The position numbers and the translations under genes were made by a program. A stretch of 64,000 nucleotides of DNA from Eubacteriales bacterium. Its GTDB lineage: Bacteria > Bacillota > Clostridia > Oscillospirales > CAG-272. Where the stretch lies: contig JAZSEA010000075.1 in the NCBI GenBank assembly GCA_045531455.1, positions 149,978 through 213,977 of the forward strand, written 5' to 3'. Positions 1 through 8,718 of the stretch are shown piece after piece. The notes under the pieces are model-generated. The model did not search any database, was not told the origin of the DNA, and saw only the letters and a list, made by a program, of their open reading frames with translations. How positions within the stretch are numbered: the stretch's first letter is position 1; each line of letters opens with the position of its first letter.

Positions 1-246
1 GCACTTCCCCACAGCGAGATCATGATCCATCAGCCTCTCGGCGGAAGTAAGGGTCAGGTATCCGATGTTCTTATCCACACCGAGCTCCTTCTCCGCACCC
101 GTCAGACTCTCAACGAACTTCTCGCAGCTAACACCGGCAGAACTGTTGAAGAGATCGCTCGCGATACGGAAAGAGATAATTTCATGACTGCCAAGCAGGC
201 TCTTGAATACGGTTTGATCGATAAAATCATTGAGCGCCACGCTTAA
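1..246 (+). CDS. clpP: ATP-dependent Clp protease proteolytic subunit, C-terminal fragment (5' end lies outside the window)
   Basis: Frame 1 is open from base 1 (ALPHSEIMIHQPLGG...). It has the IHQPLGG block and a YGLIDKI tail typical of ClpP. clpX follows immediately. Confidence 0.85.
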   Translation, partial: ALPHSEIMIHQPLGGSKGQVSDVLIHTELLLRTRQTLNELLAANTGRTVEEIARDTERDNFMTAKQALEYGLIDKIIERHA

Positions 247-273
247 TAGGCGCGGAAAGGCATCTTTAATTCT

Positions 274-1560
274 ATGGCATCAAATCATAATAACACTCAT
301 CCCTGTTGCTCATTTTGTCAGCGCGAAGAGCACGAAGTAAATTTCCTGATCCCTTCGGGAACGGGTCTTTACATCTGCGACTTCTGCGTTGAGACCTGCC
401 AGGAGATCATCGAGGATAGCCTCGCTCTTATGCGACAGGATCACGAAACCGAAGACGATGTTCTGACTCTTGATACTCTTCCCAAGCCTACTGAGATAAA
501 AGCACTGCTTGACGAATACGTAATCGGTCAGGATAACGCCAAGGTTGCGCTTTCTGTTGCAGTATACAATCACTACAAAAGAATTCTCACCAAAAAACCG
601 AAGTCTTCAAAGAACAAATCCTCAGAAGATTCCGAGGATTCTGTTGAGCTTCAGAAGAGCAACGTTCTTCTTATTGGTTCAACCGGTGTCGGAAAGACTT
701 ATCTTGCGCAGACACTTGCCAAGTCTCTCAAGGTTCCTTTTGCCATCGCAGATGCTACCACTCTTACCGAAGCGGGTTACGTTGGTGAAGACGTAGAAAA
801 TATTCTTCTCCGACTTATCCAGGCTGCAGATTTCGATATTGAAAAGGCAGAGCGCGGTATCATATACATCGACGAGATCGATAAGATCTCCAGAAAAAGC
901 GAGAACCGTTCCATCACCCGAGATGTTTCAGGTGAAGGCGTTCAGCAGGCACTTCTCAAGATCCTTGAGGGTACTACGGCAAACGTACCTCCTCAGGGCG
1001 GTAGAAAGCATCCGAATCAGGAATTCATCCAGATCAACACCGAGAACATTCTCTTCATCTGCGGCGGCGCATTTGACGGTCTTGACAAGATCATTGATAA
1101 GCGTCACGGATCTCAGACGATCGGTTTCTCTGGTGAACTCAAAAAAAAGATATCCGATAAGCACGGAATCGATTACTCCGACGTTACTCCACACGATATT
1201 GTAAAATACGGTCTCATTCCCGAGCTCGTCGGCAGAATACCCGTGATTGTGGCTCTCGACAGCCTCGATAAGGAATCTCTCGTAAGGATCATCCGCGAAC
1301 CCAAGAATGCGCTGACCCGTCAGTATATCAAGCTCTTCTCTCTTGACGGAATCGAACTCGAATTCGACGATTCTGCCGCTGATGCAGTTGCTGAGCTGGC
1401 GATTGAGAGAAATACCGGTGCGCGCGGACTTCGTTCCATCTTTGAGAACGCGATGATGAAGCTGATGTATGAGCTTCCTTCCCGCGATGACGTAAGCAAG
1501 GTAATTATTACCGGCGAATTTATCAAAGGCAAAGAAGAACCACAGATTATTCTTAAATAA
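274..1560 (+). CDS. clpX: ATP-dependent Clp protease ATP-binding subunit ClpX
   Basis: N-terminal zinc ribbon (CSFC...CDFC), Walker [17 protein letters not shown] Walker B and a GARGLR sensor. Canonical clpP-clpX order. Confidence 0.97.
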   Translation: MASNHNNTHPCCSFCQREEHEVNFLIPSGTGLYICDFCVETCQEIIEDSLALMRQDHETEDDVLTLDTLPKPTEIKALLDEYVIGQDNAKVALSVAVYNHYKRILTKKPKSSKNKSSEDSEDSVELQKSNVLLIGSTGVGKTYLAQTLAKSLKVPFAIADATTLTEAGYVGEDVENILLRLIQAADFDIEKAERGIIYIDEIDKISRKSENRSITRDVSGEGVQQALLKILEGTTANVPPQGGRKHPNQEFIQINTENILFICGGAFDGLDKIIDKRHGSQTIGFSGELKKKISDKHGIDYSDVTPHDIVKYGLIPELVGRIPVIVALDSLDKESLVRIIREPKNALTRQYIKLFSLDGIELEFDDSAADAVAELAIERNTGARGLRSIFENAMMKLMYELPSRDDVSKVIITGEFIKGKEEPQIILK

Positions 1561-1564
1561 ATAT

Positions 1565-1592
1565 ATGGGTAGACGTTAATGCGTCTACCCAT
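1565..1592. terminator. Hairpin between convergent clpX and the Cys-rich gene (possible bidirectional terminator)
   Basis: ATGGGTAGACG / CGTCTACCCAT stem of 11 bp with a 6-nt loop. The flank is T-rich on the minus-strand side and weaker on the plus side. Confidence 0.5.
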
Positions 1593-1597
1593 AATTA

Positions 1598-2431
1598 TTA
1601 GTTACACTTTCCGGAGCAATTGATCAATCCCGCGGGTCCCGACGAGCAAAATTCACTCGTAGGAAACGCCATATTGTTGAATATCGCACAAGGATTCTCC
1701 TCACAAGGAGTTATGCACTCCTTATCAGGAACACAATACTCAGTTGCGTTTACAAGAAGCTGTGCAGGTCTTACGAGTCTGATGATCGAAAAAATACCGA
1801 GAGAAACCGTAAGGAACCTATCGCAGTCGTTACCGGAATCGCTTATGGGCATTTCAAGCTGACAGGTTACGTTTTCGGGGATCTCGCAGCAGCAACAACA
1901 GCAATTTGCGGGAAGCGAGTGTTTATCATAAACCTTAACGTCAAGTATGATCGGATCAGTTGCTTCTACTACGGCACGCGGTGCACTATGACTGCAATCC
2001 TTGATCTCGGGCTGCGAGCAAAAACAATAATCACCGGGATCCGACTTAAAGATGTTAACGTGCTTTTCTCCGCCGAAAAGAACTACCTTTTTATCGACAG
2101 TTGCAATTCCTTCGAATTCCTGAGGCTTATTGTTGCCAATGCAAGCCTCGAACGTGATCTTAATATAATATCTGATGTTGACGGTATAGAATCCGCGGTT
2201 GAACCTTACCCTGTCAACGCCGATATATGTCCAGGCGATATATGCGTCCTTTGCTCTGATATTTCCGGTACGTGAAATTATCTCACGTCCGTAGTCACTC
2301 AGATTTACTCTTACGTTCTCATAGCAATCTCTGTCCCTGCAGCTGTCATAGATGCGGTCTGTTTCGATACAGCACACGTCGCGTGAGCCCGGAGGACAGG
2401 AAGGATTACTTCCAAATCTGTTATCCGACAT
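1598..2431 (-). CDS. Cysteine-rich hypothetical protein (24 Cys in 277 aa, contains CCCCCC); family not recognised
   Basis: Long ORF with a strong RBS (AAGGAGG) 7 nt upstream of the ATG. It lies next to spoIIID. No motif I can name. Confidence 0.6.
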   Translation of the reverse strand: MSDNRFGSNPSCPPGSRDVCCIETDRIYDSCRDRDCYENVRVNLSDYGREIISRTGNIRAKDAYIAWTYIGVDRVRFNRGFYTVNIRYYIKITFEACIGNNKPQEFEGIATVDKKVVLFGGEKHVNIFKSDPGDYCFCSQPEIKDCSHSAPRAVVEATDPIILDVKVYDKHSLPANCCCCCCEIPENVTCQLEMPISDSGNDCDRFLTVSLGIFSIIRLVRPAQLLVNATEYCVPDKECITPCEENPCAIFNNMAFPTSEFCSSGPAGLINCSGKCN

Positions 2432-2563
2432 AGAATGTACCTCCTTAATTATGGATGGGAGAATACTCCTCCCTCTATCATTCTATGCAAACGTGGAAAA
2501 AGTGACATATCAAGTCGAATTTTTATCAAATTTGTCTAAATATTTGAGTCATAATTTTTTAAC

Positions 2564-2592
2564 TTGACTTTGATGCAATAAAGTAGTATAAT
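2564..2592 (+). promoter_or_regulatory. Consensus sigma-A-type promoter pointing antisense into spoIIID
   Basis: TTGACT (2564-2569), a 17-nt spacer, then TATAAT (2587-2592). It sits directly 3' of the spoIIID stop codon on the opposite strand. Confidence 0.45.
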
Positions 2593-2594
2593 TA

Positions 2595-2867
2595 TTATAT
2601 TATGAGGTTTTCTCTTTTACGTGCATATTTCTGCTTTGTGGCTTCACCGCCGCGGATATGTCTCTCAGACTTATTAGCCGCCAAAAGCTCGGAAACCTGC
2701 AAGTACAGAGATTTGTTTACACCTTTGAGTGTTTTCGATACGTCCTTATGTACTGTACTTTTACTGATACCAAAATGTCGAGCGGTGCTTCTTACCGTTG
2801 CGTTATTTTCAAGCATGTAAATGGCAATCGATTCGCACCTTTCCTTACCCGGTGAAATATATATCAT
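2595..2867 (-). CDS. spoIIID: Stage III sporulation protein D (mother-cell transcription regulator)
   Basis: 90 aa. The HTH segment VRSTARHFGISKSTVHKDV and the C-terminal RHIRGGEATKQKY closely match the SpoIIID signature. Confidence 0.85.
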   Translation of the reverse strand: MIYISPGKERCESIAIYMLENNATVRSTARHFGISKSTVHKDVSKTLKGVNKSLYLQVSELLAANKSERHIRGGEATKQKYARKRENLII

Positions 2868-2944
2868 AGCATTACCTCTGTTTGATTTTGCTACAATATA
2901 TGTTGTTTTACCGCAAAAAATTCCATTTTAACGGAGACCGACGG

Positions 2945-3712
2945 ATGAATATATCGGATAACAAAATAATATTTGAGGGTATGACGTCCGTATCCGCGAT
3001 AATCAACGCAACCAAGAACGGTACGGCAAGAAGAAAGATCTTCTCCGTATATTTTGACAAAAACAAAATCAGAAAAGAGCGCGGAAGATTTTCTTTTTTG
3101 AAAATAGCATCGGAACAGTTAGGCTTCGAATTGAAGGTTGTTACCTCTGATGAGATAGCAGAGCTATCTTCCGGAAAGACGCACGGTGGAATTCTTGCTG
3201 ATGTCTCGGAGGCCGAATACAGAAATATTGAAGAACGAGATATTCCAGAATACGGCTTTTCCGCAATAATCGAAGGTGTCGAAGATCCCTACAGTCTCGG
3301 ATACTCTCTCAGAGCCCTCTACGCTTCCGGCTGCACGAATGTAATTCTACCGCACCATCTTCCCGTTGCCGCTGATTCGACGCTCTGTAAGGCTTCTGCG
3401 GGTGCCTCAGAGCTACTCAACATCTTCCTCGGAGACACCGCAGAGATTGCTTCGAAATTCAAGGCTAACGGATATAAGATAGCCTGCGCTGCTATTCCTG
3501 ACTCTGTTCCCTGCTACGACGCTGATCTTTCCTACCCGATACTTCTTGTAATCGGAGGAGAAAAGCGCGGTATATCTTCCAAGCTTCTGGCGATGAAAGA
3601 TATCAATGTCAGAATTCCCTACGGGATTGATTTTATGGGATCACTCTCAACATCCTCCGCGGTATCAATTCTCGCATACGAGGTTCTCCGTAAAAACATT
3701 TCTTCAAAGTAA
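2945..3712 (+). CDS. TrmH/SpoU-family RNA 2'-O-methyltransferase
   Basis: C-terminal SPOUT motifs (LLVIGGEKRGIS..., IPYG...SLSTSSAVSILAYE). The ATG at 2945 has GGAG 8 nt upstream, so the track start at 2882 (TTG) is probably an over-extension. Confidence 0.8.
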   Translation: MNISDNKIIFEGMTSVSAIINATKNGTARRKIFSVYFDKNKIRKERGRFSFLKIASEQLGFELKVVTSDEIAELSSGKTHGGILADVSEAEYRNIEERDIPEYGFSAIIEGVEDPYSLGYSLRALYASGCTNVILPHHLPVAADSTLCKASAGASELLNIFLGDTAEIASKFKANGYKIACAAIPDSVPCYDADLSYPILLVIGGEKRGISSKLLAMKDINVRIPYGIDFMGSLSTSSAVSILAYEVLRKNISSK

Positions 3713-3760
3713 TTTATTCTTTCCCGTTTTCATATATTTATAAAAAACGGAGATAGAATC

Positions 3761-4378
3761 TTGAATAACGAACCGATTTATCAATATCAAGGTAGTCACG
3801 GAACTTTACTGAAAATTTCCTCCGAGCGAAGCAAAATTTTATTATTTTTTCTTCTCGGTACATTTGCGTCAATTACATTTTCTTTACTATTCGAAAAATC
3901 CTATACTCCGCGTGAGATCTCATATTTTCGATCTATATTCTTCTCGGATCTCAACGCTTTAAAAAATTTATCAAGTGGATTCAGATCTGTAATTTTTCAC
4001 GCGATTCCCACGATCACAGAGCTTACTTTTATATTAATAGCTTCTGTTTCATACTTTTCAAAGAAGCTGTTTCGCATCATTTCTTTGCTCGGCGGAGCAA
4101 TGCTCGGCAGATCACTATCGTGTTTGATCTATTTCGCTCATTTAGATCATATTTCTACATTTTCCTGTATTATCATCGCCTTCTATTTCTTTTCGGTCAA
4201 CGTCGCTTTCCTTGTTTTCGCATTCGCGTGCGAAGCTTATTCCCTTGAATTTGATTACTCATCAGACAGACTGATGACCGAAAAGAATTTCAAACATTTC
4301 TCGGAATACTTATCCTCTGTAGGTTCAGTTATTCTTTTTGCTATTATTAAAATAATCGTTCTTATTACGATACAATAG
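3761..4378 (+). CDS. Hypothetical polytopic membrane protein
   Basis: 205-aa ORF (TTG start in the track) with about 5 hydrophobic segments. No recognisable family. Confidence 0.45.
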   Translation: MNNEPIYQYQGSHGTLLKISSERSKILLFFLLGTFASITFSLLFEKSYTPREISYFRSIFFSDLNALKNLSSGFRSVIFHAIPTITELTFILIASVSYFSKKLFRIISLLGGAMLGRSLSCLIYFAHLDHISTFSCIIIAFYFFSVNVAFLVFAFACEAYSLEFDYSSDRLMTEKNFKHFSEYLSSVGSVILFAIIKIIVLITIQ

Positions 4379-4400
4379 ATCATTACAGAAAGGCAACAAA

Positions 4401-5324
4401 ATGTCAAGTCAAAAGAAGTTCAAATTATTCGATATGAACAAGGACGGCCCCGGTGTTTCAAAGGACGAAAAACCATTTGTCCCCAACCTCATCAGTATGC
4501 CGAAATTCTATTTCAGAAATTTCTCAAGAATTCTTTCGTTGAATTTTCTGATGCTCCCCTTGTTGCTCATACCGCTTGCAATTGTATACATTTTCATTGT
4601 AGCACCTACTACACCTTCCGAAACGAGCATATTATATTCAACTCTCTACGGGTCGCAGGTTTTAGGTGAAAGCCCTCTTTGGTCAACGCTTCTGGGCGCT
4701 TACGGAATTCAACTTAATCTGCCCACGTTTTCACCTGCTATTATTTGGGTCATGTTGATCCTTGCAGTAATTTTTGCAGTAATCTGGGGTTGGATCAACG
4801 TAGGAGCGGCATATTGCACGAGAAATATGCTCAAGGGTGATCCCGTGTTTATGACAAGCGACTTCTTCTACGCGATCAAAAGAAATCTTTGGTCGGGTCT
4901 GCTGCTTGGCCTGATCGACGTCGGAATCCTTGAAATTCTGATCATTGACTTCGTTTACTTTTCACGCATAGGCGGAAGCTTTATGCTTGATACGTTCTAC
5001 ATCGTTACTTGCGGACTTTGTATCATTTATTTCTTCATGAGATTCTACATATATCTTATGCTTATAACGTTCGATATCAAGATTTCGAAGATATTCAAGA
5101 ACGCGCTGATTTTCTCGGTTCTCGGAGTTGGCAGAAATCTGATGAGTCTGCTCGGTATTGCTGTTCTCATCGGAATCAACGTTGCTTTGATACTTTTACT
5201 TGCTCCCATAGGGATCGTTGTACCGATCATACTTCCGATGATCTATCTCTTGCCCAGCATCAACCTGCTTGTATCCTACGGCGCATATCCCGTAATCGAG
5301 AAATACATGATAAAGGAAGATTAA
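4401..5324 (+). CDS. Integral membrane protein, YesL/DUF624-like
   Basis: N-terminal basic segment followed by multiple TM helices. General resemblance to the YesL family only. Confidence 0.5.
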   Translation: MSSQKKFKLFDMNKDGPGVSKDEKPFVPNLISMPKFYFRNFSRILSLNFLMLPLLLIPLAIVYIFIVAPTTPSETSILYSTLYGSQVLGESPLWSTLLGAYGIQLNLPTFSPAIIWVMLILAVIFAVIWGWINVGAAYCTRNMLKGDPVFMTSDFFYAIKRNLWSGLLLGLIDVGILEILIIDFVYFSRIGGSFMLDTFYIVTCGLCIIYFFMRFYIYLMLITFDIKISKIFKNALIFSVLGVGRNLMSLLGIAVLIGINVALILLLAPIGIVVPIILPMIYLLPSINLLVSYGAYPVIEKYMIKED

Positions 5325-6052
5325 TTCCCTATAAGCTCGGACACCGTAACAAAGCGGTATCCGAGCTTTTTTAGTTTGGGTATCACTTCAGTAAGAGCCT
5401 CTGCTGTATGAGATTCACCGCAAATATAATCGTGCATAAGAATAATCGAGCCGTCCTCAACGTATTCGTATATTTCTTTACAAATGTCTTTTGCCGAAGT
5501 ACCTGCCCAATCACGTGTATCAATACTCCAAAGAACCACGGAATAACCTCTTTCAGCGCATACATTGGTCAAGGTGTCGTCGTAAAGTCCTCCCGGCGGG
5601 CGAAAGAGATGAGAGCTATACTCCGAGTGGTTAAAAATTACGTCGTCGCACAGGTCAATCTCGCGCTCCATAACAGATCTCCCTTTTCCTCCGAGATATT
5701 TATGAAAGAAAGTGTGATTGCCGATCTCGTGACCTTCTCTGATTATCCGTTCCACGACCTCTTCGTTTTGAGAAGCGTTTTCTCCCACAACAAAAAATGT
5801 TGCTTTGATGTCGTTTGACTTTAGAATATCAAGAATCTCAGGAGTTTTAGTCGGATGCGGACCGTCATCGAATGTTAATGCGATATAGTGTCCGTCGGGT
5901 TCACCGAATGTGTATACAGGACAATTTGCTACACCGTCGTCAATCCCGATACAGCCAACCGAAAGAGTTTTAATCACGGCAAGAGAAAACAAGCAGAATC
6001 TTTTAATTCTTCGAAATCTCATTATAAAGCTCGTCAAGCGTACCGAATTCAT
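5321..6052 (-). CDS. Polysaccharide deacetylase (NodB homology domain)
   Basis: ALTFDDGPHP, GHEIGNHT and LFRPPGG motifs. The start may be the internal ATG at 6022 (MRFRRIK... signal-like N-terminus). Either start overlaps the upstream gene's end. Confidence 0.8.
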   Translation of the reverse strand: MNSVRLTSFIMRFRRIKRFCLFSLAVIKTLSVGCIGIDDGVANCPVYTFGEPDGHYIALTFDDGPHPTKTPEILDILKSNDIKATFFVVGENASQNEEVVERIIREGHEIGNHTFFHKYLGGKGRSVMEREIDLCDDVIFNHSEYSSHLFRPPGGLYDDTLTNVCAERGYSVVLWSIDTRDWAGTSAKDICKEIYEYVEDGSIILMHDYICGESHTAEALTEVIPKLKKLGYRFVTVSELIGN

Positions 6053-6803
6053 ATCCCCTGCTCCTCATTTCATCAATTACGTCGCCGAGAATTTGCGCAT
6101 TGACCGAAGACGTCGGATGCAACAACAGAACTGCACCGTTATGAATATTGTCAAGTATCTTCTTCTTTGCATATTCAGGGGATGGCTGATTTGCATTATC
6201 CCAATCTGCGTAAGCGAAACTCCAGAATACCGTTTTATAACCAAGACTGCTTGCTTGTTCAAGGTTTAATCGAGAAAATCTGCCCTCTGGCGGTCTGTAA
6301 AACCTTCGTATCTCTTCACCTGTCAATTCACGATAAGCATCATTCAGTTGATTTAACTCTTTTTCAAATTCTGTTTTGTCGGTTATTTTAGACATATCCT
6401 TGTGGTGAGCTGTGTGATTACATACATAATGACCTTCATCTGTCATTCTTTTGACAAGGTCGGGATTTGTTTTGACTAAATTGATAAGAATAAAGAAGGC
6501 TCCCGGTACATTCTTTTCCTTCAACACATTAAGGATCTTCGATACATTACCGTTTTCGTACCCCGCATCAAAAGTCAGATAGGCGACCTTGCGAGCATCC
6601 TCAACTTCACGTTTTGTATTAAGCCATATGCCGTCATAATCGTTAATAAACGAGAATTCGGAAGGCAGCGGAGGCTGCTTGTTATCGGATACTCTCTTAC
6701 AGTACCACGAATAAGCTTCCTCTTTTGCAGTTGCCTCTAAATTAATTCCGCTCAATAAGATCAAAGAAGACAGAACCAAACTGATCTGTTTTAAAAATTT
6801 CAT
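6003..6803 (-). CDS. pdaA: Delta-lactam-biosynthetic de-N-acetylase-like polysaccharide deacetylase (PdaA-like, spore cortex)
   Basis: AYLTFDAGYENGN...GAFF...DEGHYVCNHTAHH...FYRPPEG resembles PdaA. Start set at MKFLKQ (6803), which has a GGAGGAGAG RBS and a signal peptide. The track start at 6890 is an extension. Confidence 0.7.
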   Translation of the reverse strand: MKFLKQISLVLSSLILLSGINLEATAKEEAYSWYCKRVSDNKQPPLPSEFSFINDYDGIWLNTKREVEDARKVAYLTFDAGYENGNVSKILNVLKEKNVPGAFFILINLVKTNPDLVKRMTDEGHYVCNHTAHHKDMSKITDKTEFEKELNQLNDAYRELTGEEIRRFYRPPEGRFSRLNLEQASSLGYKTVFWSFAYADWDNANQPSPEYAKKKILDNIHNGAVLLLHPTSSVNAQILGDVIDEMRSRGYEFGTLDELYNEISKN

Positions 6804-6927
6804 TTTTCTCTCCTCCTTTTCGTGATTATGATGCCCTATAATCAATAACACAAACGAAACAATTATTCCATACACAACCATAAAAAACACAACGTCTCGC
6901 GTGAATTGCGAGACGTTGTGTAAAAAA

Positions 6928-8706
6928 TTATTTTTGTGTTTTTATATCGATATAAATCGGACAATGGTCCGAAGCATCAATGATATAATCGTTGATCAGA
7001 GTATTGTAGAAAAGTACCTTTGAAGAGGTCTCCTCGAGAAACGTGATGTGGTCGATCGACTCATAGGTGCTAGTTGCTACATCGCTGAATAGAGTGTGGT
7101 AGGTTTTACAAGCTCTTTTAATCGTTTTTGCATTTGTTTTTGCATCAACGAATCCGGATTCGGAGAGGAATGTCTTGTACTCGCTGGTGCTCTCAGAAGC
7201 GTTATAGTCACCGCAAGCAAAAACGTCGGCATTGTATTTAGCGCGGAATTCTGTTGCAAGCTTTGCCATTTCCTTTGCCTGGATCATTCTGTTGGAAGCT
7301 CTCTCTGCACCAACGTCCCAGTGAGTACTGAATACTATGTACCTTTCATTGGTAGCGATCGACTCGAATACGCCCCAAACAACCGAACGAAGTCTTTCGC
7401 TGTTGCCAACCGAATAGATATGAATTCCTTCTTCGATCAGCTTTGTTGTTTCCTTGTTATAGATAAGGGTTGTGTAAGTTCCCTTACCGGATGGTGTTTT
7501 CTTTCTTGTGAAGGAATAAGTGTCACCGATATATTCCTGCAGGATAGGATACCAGGCATTGGATACTTCCTGAAGAGCCGCGACATCTGGTAGATAATTC
7601 AGTATGGTTGCCGATACTCTGATATCTCTGCCACTCATAACCGCTGCCGCATCCCATTCCTCTGAAAGGATGTTGAACGACATAATTCTGGTATCTGCGC
7701 CTTCTGCAAGAACAGTACTGTCGCCTCCTCCGAATGAGTTAAAATTATACGCGATATTTACTGGAAGATTGAGCGATACGAGATTGCCCGTTCTGATAAA
7801 ACGAGAGGCAAACGTATCAACCGCACTCTTGAGCGAGCCTTCCGTAGAAGCCGCAAGAAGGATCGAATCGTCGGAAGTTACGATCTCGTAACCAAGACCG
7901 TTAAGCTTGGAGTAATCGTATTTGAATCTTGATTTGTCAGAGAGTACGCCGACTATGATCTCAAAACCGCTCTTAGGCTCTGTTTCGCAAATAACTTCCG
8001 GCTTGAAGTCGTATGCCTTGTTAAAAGCCTTGGCAACACTTTCCGCGAGGCTCTTGTTCTTTCCCGCCTTGTCGTACACGATCTTGAATTCGGGAGCAAC
8101 AGCAGAGTCGCCCCAGATATGCGAAGAAGAAATTTCATAGAGATAATCTCCTCCGGTATAAACGACCTCGTCAATGCCGGTCTCCTCGTTCTTTACGACA
8201 GATGTATTATCTGCGAAATAATCAAATCCTATCTTGAGGTCCTCATAGTTGGGCGCAACGATTACGATTTTATTGTTTGCGCAGACCTTGACTGCACAAT
8301 CTCCGAAGCCAAGTGCTACATCAGCGATGACACCAAGAGTCGCCTCCCTGCTTGTAAGTCCGACGATGATCTCGGGAGCATCCGCAGAGGGAGCCATACT
8401 CGGCATTGTCCAGTCAGCAGAGATCGAAAAGGAAAGGTCGAATTTCTTATTGAGCACGTTTTTAAAATCAACAATAAGGTCAACCTCTTCCTTGGACGCA
8501 TCGATAAAGCGAATGAAGGAATAGATCTCTTCCCCGCCGGATGCGATCACAACATCTTGGCTTTCCTCCACGGTTTCAACAGCCGAAGATTCTTCGTGAG
8601 CGGAAGTCTGTTCCTCTTCAACGTCATTAGTGCAGGACACTAAAGATAAGCAAGAGATCAGCATTATCAAAGAAATCAGTAAAGAAATAATTCTTTTCAT
8701 AATCAT
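6928..8706 (-). CDS. Secreted or lipoprotein with a C-terminal endonuclease/exonuclease/phosphatase (EEP) domain
   Basis: Signal with a lipobox-like LVSC. The C-terminal part has RIMSFNILSE..., FSTHWD and DHCPIYIDI, typical of the EEP fold. The N-terminal ~330 aa are unassigned. Confidence 0.7.
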   Translation of the reverse strand: MIMKRIISLLISLIMLISCLSLVSCTNDVEEEQTSAHEESSAVETVEESQDVVIASGGEEIYSFIRFIDASKEEVDLIVDFKNVLNKKFDLSFSISADWTMPSMAPSADAPEIIVGLTSREATLGVIADVALGFGDCAVKVCANNKIVIVAPNYEDLKIGFDYFADNTSVVKNEETGIDEVVYTGGDYLYEISSSHIWGDSAVAPEFKIVYDKAGKNKSLAESVAKAFNKAYDFKPEVICETEPKSGFEIIVGVLSDKSRFKYDYSKLNGLGYEIVTSDDSILLAASTEGSLKSAVDTFASRFIRTGNLVSLNLPVNIAYNFNSFGGGDSTVLAEGADTRIMSFNILSEEWDAAAVMSGRDIRVSATILNYLPDVAALQEVSNAWYPILQEYIGDTYSFTRKKTPSGKGTYTTLIYNKETTKLIEEGIHIYSVGNSERLRSVVWGVFESIATNERYIVFSTHWDVGAERASNRMIQAKEMAKLATEFRAKYNADVFACGDYNASESTSEYKTFLSESGFVDAKTNAKTIKRACKTYHTLFSDVATSTYESIDHITFLEETSSKVLFYNTLINDYIIDASDHCPIYIDIKTQK

Positions 8707-8718
8707 TCTCCTAAATTA

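Noticed and set aside
2432-2560. A confident sigma-K promoter call upstream of the Cys-rich gene.
   Set aside because: Only a partial -10-like CATAgaaTG is present, and the AC -35 element sits at a non-canonical distance. It is mentioned as a hint, not annotated as a feature.
2602-2855. Plus-strand ORFs of 72 aa and 65 aa antisense to spoIIID.
   Set aside because: No RBS or motif, and they are fully overlapped by the well-supported spoIIID gene. Only the antisense promoter is kept, as a finding.
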